Below, in pieces: positions 1 to 8,383 of a DNA stretch of 24,000 nt. This DNA is from Abyssisolibacter fermentans (GTDB lineage: Bacteria > Bacillota > Clostridia > Tissierellales > MCWD3), in NCBI RefSeq assembly GCF_001559865.1, contig NZ_LOHE01000035.1, positions 79,134 through 103,133 of the forward strand, given 5' to 3'. The translations under genes and the position numbers were made by a program. Numbering within the stretch: position 1 is the first letter of the stretch; each line of letters opens with the position of its first letter. The notes beneath the pieces were generated by a model that worked only from the letters and a program-made list of their open reading frames with translations, had not been told where the DNA came from and searched no databases.

Positions 1-2
1 TA

Positions 3-1106
3 GCGCATAATTTTCCTGATATGATGATGGTAACACTTCTTATTGTACAAGAATGTAACTTAAGATGTTCATATTGTTTTGGTGAAAATGGAGAATACAA
101 TGATAGGGGAGTTATGGATATTGAAACAGCCAAAAAAGCTATTGATTTTTTTGTTAAAAATTCAAAAAATGATACATTGACTATCTGTTTTTTTGGAGGA
201 GAACCTTTAATGCGTTTTGACTTAATTAAAGAAATAGTAGCATATTGTGAGCAAAAAAAAATAGCAACATCTAAAAATTTTAAATTTACAATGACAACTA
301 ATGCAACCTTATTAAATGAGGAAATAGAGCAGTTCATTATAAAGCATGATATGAATGTATTGATTAGTATTGATGGAGATAAAGAAACACACGATTATAA
401 TAGATATTTTAAAGGAAAAGTTGGATGTCATGATATAGTACTTGCGAAAACACAATCACTACGTAATAAGAACTTACTAACTGCCCGTGCAACAGTTACT
501 GGCAAACAACTTGACATTAACTCTATATATAATTATTTAGACTCTTTAAATTTTAAAAAAATTATATTATCTCCAGCTTTTAATTTATTATCTGATGAAG
601 AATATGATAAAGCTGCTGATGGATATATAGCAATGTACAAAGAGCTTGAAGAACTTATTAAGAAGAAAGCCTATGAGGAAATTTATAAAAACAAAATATT
701 TATTACGGGATTAAAGAAAATACATAATTCAAATAGGCGTAGTATAGCATGTGGTGTTGGCAGAAACACTTGTACTGTAGATATTCACGGTAATATTTAT
801 CCATGCCAAAGGTTTGTTAATAATAAAGAGTTTGTTATGGGTAATATTGATAAGGGATTCAATAATAGAAGCGATTTTCTAAACAATATAACTTTAGAAC
901 ATCGACAAAAATGTTCTAAGTGTTGGGCTAGAAATCTATGTATTGGTGGTTGTATTCATACGAATTATACGTCAACAGGAGATATAAATCTTCCATCTGA
1001 TCAATTTTGTAATTTCACCAGAAAAATATGGAAAGAACTCATTAAAATATATCTTAGAATGTCAAAGGAAGACATCAACATTTTGTTAGAGGGAAAAGAG
1101 AAATGA
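3..1106 (+). CDS. radical SAM / SPASM-domain peptide-modifying maturase (anSME-like), probably 5'-truncated by the window edge
   Basis: CNLRCSYC (CxxxCxxC) cluster motif near the N-terminus and GGEPL. C-terminal SPASM cysteine pattern: CGVG..C..GNIYPC and CSKCWARNLCIGGC. The frame stays open to base 3 and there is no SD before ATG 21, so the true start is likely upstream of the window. Confidence 0.85.
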   Translation, partial: AHNFPDMMMVTLLIVQECNLRCSYCFGENGEYNDRGVMDIETAKKAIDFFVKNSKNDTLTICFFGGEPLMRFDLIKEIVAYCEQKKIATSKNFKFTMTTNATLLNEEIEQFIIKHDMNVLISIDGDKETHDYNRYFKGKVGCHDIVLAKTQSLRNKNLLTARATVTGKQLDINSIYNYLDSLNFKKIILSPAFNLLSDEEYDKAADGYIAMYKELEELIKKKAYEEIYKNKIFITGLKKIHNSNRRSIACGVGRNTCTVDIHGNIYPCQRFVNNKEFVMGNIDKGFNNRSDFLNNITLEHRQKCSKCWARNLCIGGCIHTNYTSTGDINLPSDQFCNFTRKIWKELIKIYLRMSKEDINILLEGKEK

Positions 1107-1467
1107 TGGAAAATGTTTTAGATGTTAAAAACATAAAGAAGAGTTATGGATTATACGAGATATGAGTTGTAAATATATTAACTTTAATGTGAAACAAGGT
1201 GAACTGATTGCTATTATGCAATCATTTGGCTAACCTTAATTATTAATAAAATCATATAACGAAAATGACTTCTTCAATAATAAATACATGAAAAGTAATA
1301 CGAGATATTTTGAAAAAAGATATAAAGTTAAAATGCTTAATAGCACAGAAGATATATCATTGGCTCGGCTATTCTTAATGAATAAAGCTATTGTAATCTT
1401 AGAAGAACCAACATCAGCATTAGATAAGAAGTCAAAAGAAATTATATGCCATAATAAAAGGAGATAA
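1103..1467 (+). pseudogene. decayed ABC-transporter ATP-binding gene (stops, frame changes, Walker A region lost)
   Basis: ATGA overlap with the maturase stop. Fragment 1103-1165 reads MMENVLDVKNIKKSYGLYEI*. A second frame reads KYINFNVKQGELIAIMQSFG*, the pre-Walker A strand with no GxxGxGKST after it. Fragment 1288-1467 reads ..DISLARLFLMNKAIVILEEPTSALDKKSKE.., the signature tail plus Walker B. Confidence 0.7.
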
Positions 1468-1512
1468 ATTGCATGAAAAACAATGAATATAATTTAAAAA
1501 GGCTGATTTTAA

Positions 1513-2661
1513 ATGAAGGGATATAATGAAAAATTATTTGAGACTTTTTATACATATTTGTCAAATAATACTTATTGTCAATTGAAACTAGACAATGATT
1601 TAGAAAATGCTAATATATTTCTTATGGGGGAATTTCATGGAGTTGCTTGCAATGCACGCATTGAATATGATTTGCTAAAATATTTTGTAATTAATGCTGG
1701 AGTAAAATATTATGTAAAAGAACTAGGCTATAATGATGCAAGAAAACTTAATGAATATCTTCGAACAGGCGATGAAAGTATTCTAAAAAATTTATTAAAG
1801 ACTTATAAAAATTGCTATTTTGCTACACAGGAAAATTATAAAATGTGGAAAGCAATATATAATTTTAATAAGACATTATCTAACAAGAATAAGATTGTAG
1901 TCGTAGGTATTGATATAACGGATTCTTCAAACGAGGCAATAGAATATATATATACATGTTTACCTCAAAAAAAAATACCATCACAAATAAAATATGTAAT
2001 CGATGAGTTAAAAAATATTTATTGTTGTATAAAAAATAAGACGAAAGTTAGTTATGATTATTATCAATTTTGGAGTACTTATTTAATTAGTATAGACAAG
2101 TATTATGACATATACAAACAATATTTTGGGAGCAATTTTTTTGACTTCTATATGATTAGTAGAAATTTAATAGCTAAGTTCAAAAGAAGAATAGATAATC
2201 TAAATGCACGAGAAATCAGAGAACAGGAATTATATGAAAATTTTATGATACAGTATAAGTATTATTTAAAAGGAAATTTTTTTGGAGTTTTGGGTAATGC
2301 TCACATTGCAAATGGTTATAATTGTGTTGAATCTTTTGCTAGTAGATTGAATAATAATCCTACTTCTTATGTAAGAGGTAAGGTTATAACCCTATTATCT
2401 TTATATAAAAATTGTAAAAGCATGACTCCGTATCAAGGAACTTATGAGAAAAATAACATCAATTCACCTATGGTTATAAATGAAATATTCAACCCCTTTT
2501 ATAAAGAAAACGAAGTCTTAATAAAACTTAATGAAAAAAACACACCATTTATTACTAAGAATATGAGCCAATTTAAATTACCTATTTTAAAAAAATTTCT
2601 CACTAATAATATTCAATATTGTATACTTATGAATGGAGCAGAGGCATCGTCCCCATTATAA
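1513..2661 (+). CDS. hypothetical protein with paired GxxH motifs; possible Tiki/TraB/erythromycin-esterase/ChaN-superfamily hydrolase
   Basis: 382-aa ORF with no competing frame. Motifs LMGEFHG (GxxH, nt 1627-1638), REIREQELYENF and VLGNAHIANG (second GxxH) occur in the order typical of that superfamily. A terminator follows at 2801-2841. Confidence 0.5.
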   Translation: MKGYNEKLFETFYTYLSNNTYCQLKLDNDLENANIFLMGEFHGVACNARIEYDLLKYFVINAGVKYYVKELGYNDARKLNEYLRTGDESILKNLLKTYKNCYFATQENYKMWKAIYNFNKTLSNKNKIVVVGIDITDSSNEAIEYIYTCLPQKKIPSQIKYVIDELKNIYCCIKNKTKVSYDYYQFWSTYLISIDKYYDIYKQYFGSNFFDFYMISRNLIAKFKRRIDNLNAREIREQELYENFMIQYKYYLKGNFFGVLGNAHIANGYNCVESFASRLNNNPTSYVRGKVITLLSLYKNCKSMTPYQGTYEKNNINSPMVINEIFNPFYKENEVLIKLNEKNTPFITKNMSQFKLPILKKFLTNNIQYCILMNGAEASSPL

Positions 2662-2800
2662 ATTGAAAACTTACTAATACATGTATGTATTTAGTGATGT
2701 CAAATAAATCTTGTGAAGAAGATCATGTAATTTTATTATGTGATTTAATTAGCAGTTATATTAAGTTGAACATAAAATAAAAAAATAATGTTTTTATAAG

Positions 2801-2841
2801 AATCTTGAGTATGTAAATGGCGATACTTAAGATTTTTTTAT
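2801..2841 (+). terminator. rho-independent terminator
   Basis: 12-bp stem AATCTTGAGTAT / ATACTTAAGATT (one G-U pair), 10-nt loop, then TTTTTTT. Confidence 0.7.
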
Positions 2842-2987
2842 TTTATAAAAGCTGAAAAAAATTACTTATTAAAAGTCACCTGCAAAGAAACCTCAGATTG
2901 AGCCCTAGCAAATTTATTGTTTGAAAAAGTTATTATAGCAGTTGTTTATGGGTTGATTAAGGTAGATATCATATATAAAAATTTTTG

Positions 2988-3016
2988 TTGACATTAAAGT
3001 AATATAATAATATTAT
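2988..3016 (+). promoter_or_regulatory. sigma-A type promoter of the ABC-2 exporter operon
   Basis: TTGACA (2988-2993), 17-nt spacer, TATTAT (3011-3016), about 60 nt upstream of ATG 3078. SD AGGAGG at 3062-3067. Confidence 0.45.
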
Positions 3017-3023
3017 TATTAAT

Positions 3024-3058
3024 AGATATTTAAATAAATATCTAAATATCTAAATATT
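3024..3058. promoter_or_regulatory. candidate operator: 9-bp perfect inverted repeat plus tandem AAATATCT octamers
   Basis: AGATATTTA-AA-TAAATATCT at 3024-3043. AAATATCT at 3036-3043 and 3044-3051, and a partial AAATATT at 3052-3058. Lies between the -10 element and the SD. Confidence 0.4.
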
Positions 3059-3077
3059 ATTAGGAGGAAAAATTATA

Positions 3078-4013
3078 ATGAGTGTTTCTATTGAAGTATT
3101 TAATTTAAAGAAAGCATACAACGAAGTTACAGTTGTTGATGATATTAATTTTAAAATAAATAAAGGTGAACTAATTGCTCTTTTAGGTCCTAATGGAGCA
3201 GGAAAGACGACTACTATAAAAATGTTGGGAGGAATATTAAAGCCAACTAGTGGTTACGCTCAAATATTAGGATATGACATTAGGACTGATGCTATCAAGA
3301 TTAAGGAACGATTAGGGGTGCTGACAGAACATTATAGTGTGTATGAGAATTTAAATGCTAGAGAAAATCTAGAGCTATTTGCTGAATTATATAATGTACA
3401 AAATCCTAAAGAAAAGATAAATGATATTTTAAAGCTGTTTCAATTAGATAACAATAAAAACGATGTTAAAACATTCAGTAAAGGGATGAAGAAAAAACTA
3501 GCATTAGCAAGAAGTATATTTCATGATCCAGAGATTATTTTTTTAGATGAGCCTAGTTCAGATTTAGACCCTAAAAGTGCTAATGAATTGAGGAATCATT
3601 TGAAAGTTTTAGTAAGAAAAAATGAACTATCTGGAATTATTTGTACTCATAATATTTATGATGCTGTTGAATTGTGTGATAGATTTATAATAATGAAGAA
3701 TGGGAAATTGCTATTGGATGGAACAAAAGATGATTTATTAAAGGTAGTTAATGCAGGTTTTTACTTAAATATAAAATATACGAATAGAAAAGAATTAGTT
3801 CAATTTATTAATATTCATAATTGGGTATCTATTGTTGAGGAAAATAATAAAGAAAATACATTCAAATTGATGGTTGACAATAACAAACGTATTAACGATT
3901 TAATGAATAGATTTGCAGATATTCAATTATTATCTTTTGGAGAAAATACAAATCAAATTGAGAGAGCTTATATTGAACTAATTGGGAGGGAAAGCAATGA
4001 AAATCAAAACTAA
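3078..4013 (+). CDS. ABC transporter ATP-binding protein (ABC-2/NatA-like subfamily)
   Basis: Walker A GPNGAGKTT, signature-like FSKGMKKKLALAR, Walker B IIFLDEPSSDLD. Strong SD. Confidence 0.9.
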   Translation: MSVSIEVFNLKKAYNEVTVVDDINFKINKGELIALLGPNGAGKTTTIKMLGGILKPTSGYAQILGYDIRTDAIKIKERLGVLTEHYSVYENLNARENLELFAELYNVQNPKEKINDILKLFQLDNNKNDVKTFSKGMKKKLALARSIFHDPEIIFLDEPSSDLDPKSANELRNHLKVLVRKNELSGIICTHNIYDAVELCDRFIIMKNGKLLLDGTKDDLLKVVNAGFYLNIKYTNRKELVQFINIHNWVSIVEENNKENTFKLMVDNNKRINDLMNRFADIQLLSFGENTNQIERAYIELIGRESNENQN

Positions 4014-4806
4014 AAATATTAAAGCGATTATAAGAAATGATATTCGTTTATTAAAAAAAAGTAAACAAGTATATATACCAATGATACTGATACCAATTTT
4101 ATTTGTTACAATCATTCCTATATTGATGGTTTATGGTCAAAATATTCCTGGGAATAATATGATGTTAAATAATTACTTTTTAAAAAACATACCTGAGAGT
4201 ATTAATAATGCCATTATAGGCTATACACAACAGCAAAAAATGATTATATTAATGCTAAAGTATTTTATGGCACCGTTATTTAGTATTATTCCTTTAATAG
4301 CTGTTAATTTTATAGCGGCAGATAGTATTGCAGGTGAAAAAGAGCGAAAAACCTTAGAGGCAATTAAGTATGCACCTATTTCTTTTAAAGAATTGTTTTT
4401 AGGAAAGATTGCAAGCATTATGTGTATAACAATGTTTATCACTACAATATCTTTCATTTTATATTGTCTTGTGTCAAATACTATATCAATGATTAATATT
4501 AAAGAATTGATACTGCCAAATATAGCTTGGATATTAGTATGTTTTTATATTACACCATTATTATGTTTTTTTGGTATAGGATTTATGATTATTGTATCTG
4601 CTAAAGCTAAAGGTTTTAGAGAAGCTCAGCAAATGGGAGGTTTTATAGTATTACCTCCGATTATATTTACTATCATTCAGAGCTTTGGTGTAATGGTACT
4701 AGGAATAAAAGTTTTACTTTTATTAGGTATTGTAATATTGTTAATCGATATTTTTGTATATAAATTAGGGGTTAAAGTTTTTCATAATAATCTATATAAC
4801 AATTAA
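3997..4806 (+). CDS. ABC-2 type permease (NatB-like, GEKERxTLE motif)
   Basis: Polytopic hydrophobic product with AGEKERKTLEAI. I prefer ATG 3997 (SD GGGAGGG at 3984-3990) over the track's TTG 3982. Overlaps the ATPase gene end, consistent with translational coupling. Confidence 0.85.
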   Translation: MKIKTKNIKAIIRNDIRLLKKSKQVYIPMILIPILFVTIIPILMVYGQNIPGNNMMLNNYFLKNIPESINNAIIGYTQQQKMIILMLKYFMAPLFSIIPLIAVNFIAADSIAGEKERKTLEAIKYAPISFKELFLGKIASIMCITMFITTISFILYCLVSNTISMINIKELILPNIAWILVCFYITPLLCFFGIGFMIIVSAKAKGFREAQQMGGFIVLPPIIFTIIQSFGVMVLGIKVLLLLGIVILLIDIFVYKLGVKVFHNNLYNN

Positions 4807-5136
4807 TTTGTAAGTACTTTTAGAAGAGTGTATATTTAGAGAAATTTAATAAACATGCAATGCAAGTATTCTACTTATGATGTCAAATAGATTTTGTGGT
4901 AATTCTATAGTTTAGCTATATTGAGTAAATAATACTGTAGTTTTAGACAAATTAACATATTGCTTGGTAAAAAACTTTATATTATTCTTAGATGTTTTAT
5001 AATAGTAGGCTATGGAGTTAAAGGATTAAAATAATAAAATATGCTATAATAGGGTATGTGTTCTTATATTAAATAAACATTTAAAAATAATAGTATTATA
5101 GGATAATTTGACTAGAAGATAGGTAGGAGAACGATT

Positions 5137-7851
5137 ATGAAAAAAATCGATGCAGTTTATCAAGTTTTAGTTCAATTAAATGATAAGGGTATAAAAAGTA
5201 TTTCAGCAGAGGATTTAGTAGGTTATTTGGAGCTTAATAGATCAAGTATAAGCCGATATCTTAACGAATTATATAGAAATGGAAAAGTTTTAAAGAGTAA
5301 AAGTAGACCTGTTTTGTATAGCCTGAATGAGAAAGAGTGTAATAGTCCAATAACTAAGAAAGAAAGTGAAATATCTGGCTTTGATGTTATCGCTGGTTCG
5401 GATTTAAGTCTTAGAGTAGCAATTCAGCAAGCAAAAGCAGCTATTCTTTATCCTCCTAGAGGTTTGCATACACTTATATTAGGAGAAACAGGTGTAGGAA
5501 AATCTATGTTTGCAGAATTAATGCATGATTTTGCTAAGGAATCAAATGTAATTGATAATAAAGCACCTTTTATTAGATTTAATTGTGCAGATTATGTTGA
5601 TAATCCACAGCTTATTTTAAGTCAAATTTTTGGAGTAAAAAAAGGTGCTTATACTGGAGCGGATAGTGACAAAGAAGGTTTACTGAAAAAATCTCATGGT
5701 GGTATTTTATTTTTAGATGAAGTTCATAGATTACCTCCTCAAGGACAGGAAATGCTCTTTACTTTCATAGATAAAGGTTGTTTTAGACCTTTAGGTGAAA
5801 CAGAAAAGATGGAAAATGTAGAAACTCAAATAATTGCTGCTACAACAGAATACCCTCAATCTAGTTTGTTGAGGACTTTTGTTAGAAGGATACCTATGAT
5901 TATTGAGATTCCTCCTCTTAGAGACAGAAGTTTAATTGAAAGATACAATTTGTTGATAGATTTTATAAAATCTGAGTCAAAACGATTAAATAAAAGCATA
6001 TATTTAGAAAAAAATGTTTTGATTTCATATCTTTTATATGAATGTCCAAATAATATAGGACAGTTAAAAAGCGACTTTCAACTTGCCTGTGCAAAGGCAT
6101 TTTTAAAATATAAGACTAATGTACTGGGATACATTTTAATAGAACAAGTAGATTTACAAAGAGATGTAAAAAAAGGATTAATGAATGTTCAAAAGTATAG
6201 AAAAGAGATTGACGAGGTATTAAAATATAAAGGTGATGTTTTAAGGTTTCATTTTAATGAAGAGAAATTTGTGAATAACACAGTAGTTTCACTAGACAAT
6301 GATGAAAAAAGCGAAATGTTCTATGATATTATTGAAAAGAGATTGTTAGAATTAAAAGATCAAGGATTAGAAGAAAAGGAAATAAGTCAAATATTAAACA
6401 TAGACATTGAAAGCTATTTTAATAAATATATAAGCAAGCTGCCTAAAATACTCCCTAAAGAAAAGTTAGCTAAAGTAGTAAATAAAGAAATAGCAGAAAC
6501 GGTATATGAGATATTAAATATAGCTGAAATGAAATTAAATAAGAGATTTGATGAAAAAGTTTATATTGGACTTGCAATACATTTACAAGTTAGTATCGAA
6601 CGTATAAGGAATGGTAACAAAATTTTTAATCCTAAGCTAAACTTTATAAGAGTGAGATATGCAGATGAGTTTTTAGTAGCTATGGAACTAACGAAGATAT
6701 TAGATAATAGATTCAATATAGAATTTCCTATTGATGAAATTGGATATTTAGCAATGTTTTTAGCTTTTGATTTATATGAACAAGAAATAGAAAAGGATTC
6801 TAAGGTAGGTATACTAGTGATGATGCATGGTGATTCTACAGCTAGCAGTATGACCAATGTAGCTAATAGACTTATAGGTGAAGATTATGCTCAGGCGATA
6901 GATATGCCTTTAAATGTAAATGTTGATGAAATGTATGAGGTAGCTAAGGAAAAAATTATAAATATGAATAATGGCAAGGGGGTACTATTATTAGTTGATA
7001 TGGGTTCTCTTTGTAATTTTGGAGAAATGATTTCAGATGAAACTGGAATAAATATTAAAACTATTCAAATGGCAAGTACGCCTGTGGTTATAGAAGCATT
7101 AAGTAAAGCAGTATTAGGAAGAAAATTAAATTCTATATATAAAGCGTGTATTCAAATAAGTAGATATAAAATTGAAGCAAAACCAAGAAATAATAAAATA
7201 AGAAAATTTCTAATTATAACAACATGTTTTACAGGAGAAGGAGTTGCAGAAACATTAAAGAAAATAATTAGTGAAAATGTAATTAAAACATCGAGTATAG
7301 AAATCAAAGCGTTAAATATTTTGGATCGTAATGACTTTCTAGCACATGTTGAAAAATTGAGTAAAGAATATAAAATTCTCGCAGTAGTTGGGACTGTAAA
7401 TATTTTCATTGAGAATATACCTTTTATACCAGCACCAGACATATTAGATGGAAGTGCTAATGATAAAATCAACAAATTAATTAAGACAGAAGAAATATAT
7501 ATGAAGATTGAAGATACATTAAAAAATCATATTGAAATTATTGGAATAGAGAGTGTTGTAGATGAATGTAGATTAATTATTAAAAACATAGAAGAAGTAT
7601 TAAGTATAATGATAAATGAGGAAGTAAAATCAGGAATTATTCTTCATATAGCTTTTATGATTGATAGAATTAAGAATGGTGAATCAAATAAAATAGTAGA
7701 AGATTTCAGAGAAATTAGAAATCAATACAATAGAGAATTTATTTTTATAAAACAAGCACTTAAGCCATTAGAACAAAAATATGAAATAAATATAAATGAC
7801 AGTGAATTATCTAATATAGTCAAAATAATAGTGAAAAATAATGAAGCATAA
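5137..7851 (+). CDS. sigma-54-dependent PTS-controlled transcriptional activator, LevR/CelR family
   Basis: N-terminal HTH region. AAA+ sigma-54 interaction module (GETGVGKS, GAYTGA variant of GAFTGA, ILFLDEVHRL). PRD (GLAIHLQVSIERI), EIIA-Man-like (VMMHGDSTASS), EIIB-Gat-like (TTCFTGEG) and a second PRD (ILHIAFMIDRI). Confidence 0.9.
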   Translation: MKKIDAVYQVLVQLNDKGIKSISAEDLVGYLELNRSSISRYLNELYRNGKVLKSKSRPVLYSLNEKECNSPITKKESEISGFDVIAGSDLSLRVAIQQAKAAILYPPRGLHTLILGETGVGKSMFAELMHDFAKESNVIDNKAPFIRFNCADYVDNPQLILSQIFGVKKGAYTGADSDKEGLLKKSHGGILFLDEVHRLPPQGQEMLFTFIDKGCFRPLGETEKMENVETQIIAATTEYPQSSLLRTFVRRIPMIIEIPPLRDRSLIERYNLLIDFIKSESKRLNKSIYLEKNVLISYLLYECPNNIGQLKSDFQLACAKAFLKYKTNVLGYILIEQVDLQRDVKKGLMNVQKYRKEIDEVLKYKGDVLRFHFNEEKFVNNTVVSLDNDEKSEMFYDIIEKRLLELKDQGLEEKEISQILNIDIESYFNKYISKLPKILPKEKLAKVVNKEIAETVYEILNIAEMKLNKRFDEKVYIGLAIHLQVSIERIRNGNKIFNPKLNFIRVRYADEFLVAMELTKILDNRFNIEFPIDEIGYLAMFLAFDLYEQEIEKDSKVGILVMMHGDSTASSMTNVANRLIGEDYAQAIDMPLNVNVDEMYEVAKEKIINMNNGKGVLLLVDMGSLCNFGEMISDETGINIKTIQMASTPVVIEALSKAVLGRKLNSIYKACIQISRYKIEAKPRNNKIRKFLIITTCFTGEGVAETLKKIISENVIKTSSIEIKALNILDRNDFLAHVEKLSKEYKILAVVGTVNIFIENIPFIPAPDILDGSANDKINKLIKTEEIYMKIEDTLKNHIEIIGIESVVDECRLIIKNIEEVLSIMINEEVKSGIILHIAFMIDRIKNGESNKIVEDFREIRNQYNREFIFIKQALKPLEQKYEININDSELSNIVKIIVKNNEA

Positions 7852-7856
7852 ACTAA

Positions 7857-7884
7857 ACTGTGCAAAAAAATAAATACTGTGCAA
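7857..7884. promoter_or_regulatory. candidate upstream activator sequences for the LevR-type activator
   Basis: ACTGTGCAA repeated at 7857-7865 and 7876-7884, with a third GTGTGCAAA at 7900-7908. These lie 75-125 bp upstream of the -24/-12 promoter. Confidence 0.35.
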
Positions 7885-7897
7885 TTTTTAAAATACG

Positions 7898-7928
7898 TAG
7901 TGTGCAAATTCCCTGCACACTATTTTTT
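7898..7928 (+). terminator. rho-independent terminator after the activator gene
   Basis: 9-bp perfect stem TAGTGTGCA / TGCACACTA, loop AATTCCC, then TTTTTT (7923-7928). Confidence 0.7.
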
Positions 7929-7981
7929 GTATTAAAGTACTAAAATGCAGTTATTATAGTATAAGAAAGAGTTGTTTTAAT

Positions 7982-7997
7982 TGGCATACAATTTGCA
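7982..7997 (+). promoter_or_regulatory. sigma-54 (-24/-12) promoter of the PTS operon
   Basis: TGGCATACAATTTGCA, with GG at 7983-7984 and GC at 7995-7996 and the canonical 10-nt separation. Sits 43 nt upstream of the EIIB start and directly downstream of a sigma-54 activator gene. Confidence 0.85.
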
Positions 7998-8039
7998 CTA
8001 TATATAATGTGTAATAATTAAATCTAAGGAGGGATAGAC

Positions 8040-8348
8040 ATGATAAGAATAATGCTAGTATGTTCGTCAGGAATGTCAACAAGTTTATTAGTTAGTAAAA
8101 TGAAAAAAGCTGCTGAAAAATCAAATATTGAAGTAGATATTAATGCTATTGGTTCAGCTCAGCTTTCTAGTCATACTGATAATTTAGATGTAGTGTTACT
8201 TGGACCACAGGTTAGATTTATGCTCAACAATATAAGGGAACAATTAGAGCCAAAAGGAGTACCAGTAGATGTAATAAATAATTTAGATTATGGTACTATG
8301 AACGGAGAAAAAGTATTAAAATTCGCACTTAGTTTAGCTGAAAAGTAA
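8040..8348 (+). CDS. PTS lactose/cellobiose-family EIIB component
   Basis: 102 aa. MLVCSSGMSTSLLV contains the phospho-Cys motif. LLGPQVRF. SD AAGGAGGG. Confidence 0.9.
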   Translation: MIRIMLVCSSGMSTSLLVSKMKKAAEKSNIEVDINAIGSAQLSSHTDNLDVVLLGPQVRFMLNNIREQLEPKGVPVDVINNLDYGTMNGEKVLKFALSLAEK

Positions 8349-8383
8349 TGAATAACGAATGAAGCAACAAAAGGAGGAAGGAA

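Noticed and set aside
1473-1526. 17-codon ORF (MKNNEYNLKRLILNEGI) with a strong AAAGGAG SD, overlapping the start of the 382-aa gene
   Set aside because: It is too short and featureless to call. It could be a coupling uORF or a remnant of the decayed ATPase 3' region. There is no Cys-, Gly- or Ser-rich core of the kind expected for an rSAM substrate.
2697-2780. 27-codon ORF MSNKSCEEDHVILLCDLISSYIKLNIK, and its 12-codon look-alike MMSNRFCGNSIV at 4877-4915, considered as Cys-containing precursor peptides
   Set aside because: Neither has an SD. The second is truncated after 12 codons. The similarity is better explained as a shared non-coding 21-nt box.
4221-4457. Antisense ORF inside the ABC-2 permease gene
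   Set aside because: It lies fully within a well-supported plus-strand CDS and has no SD. Its low-complexity hydrophobic translation is typical of AT-rich antisense frames.
6561-7907. Antisense ORFs 6561-6857, 7152-7475 and 7722-7907 opposite the LevR-type activator gene
   Set aside because: They are embedded opposite a 904-aa CDS with clear domain motifs, and they have no SD or recognisable motifs.
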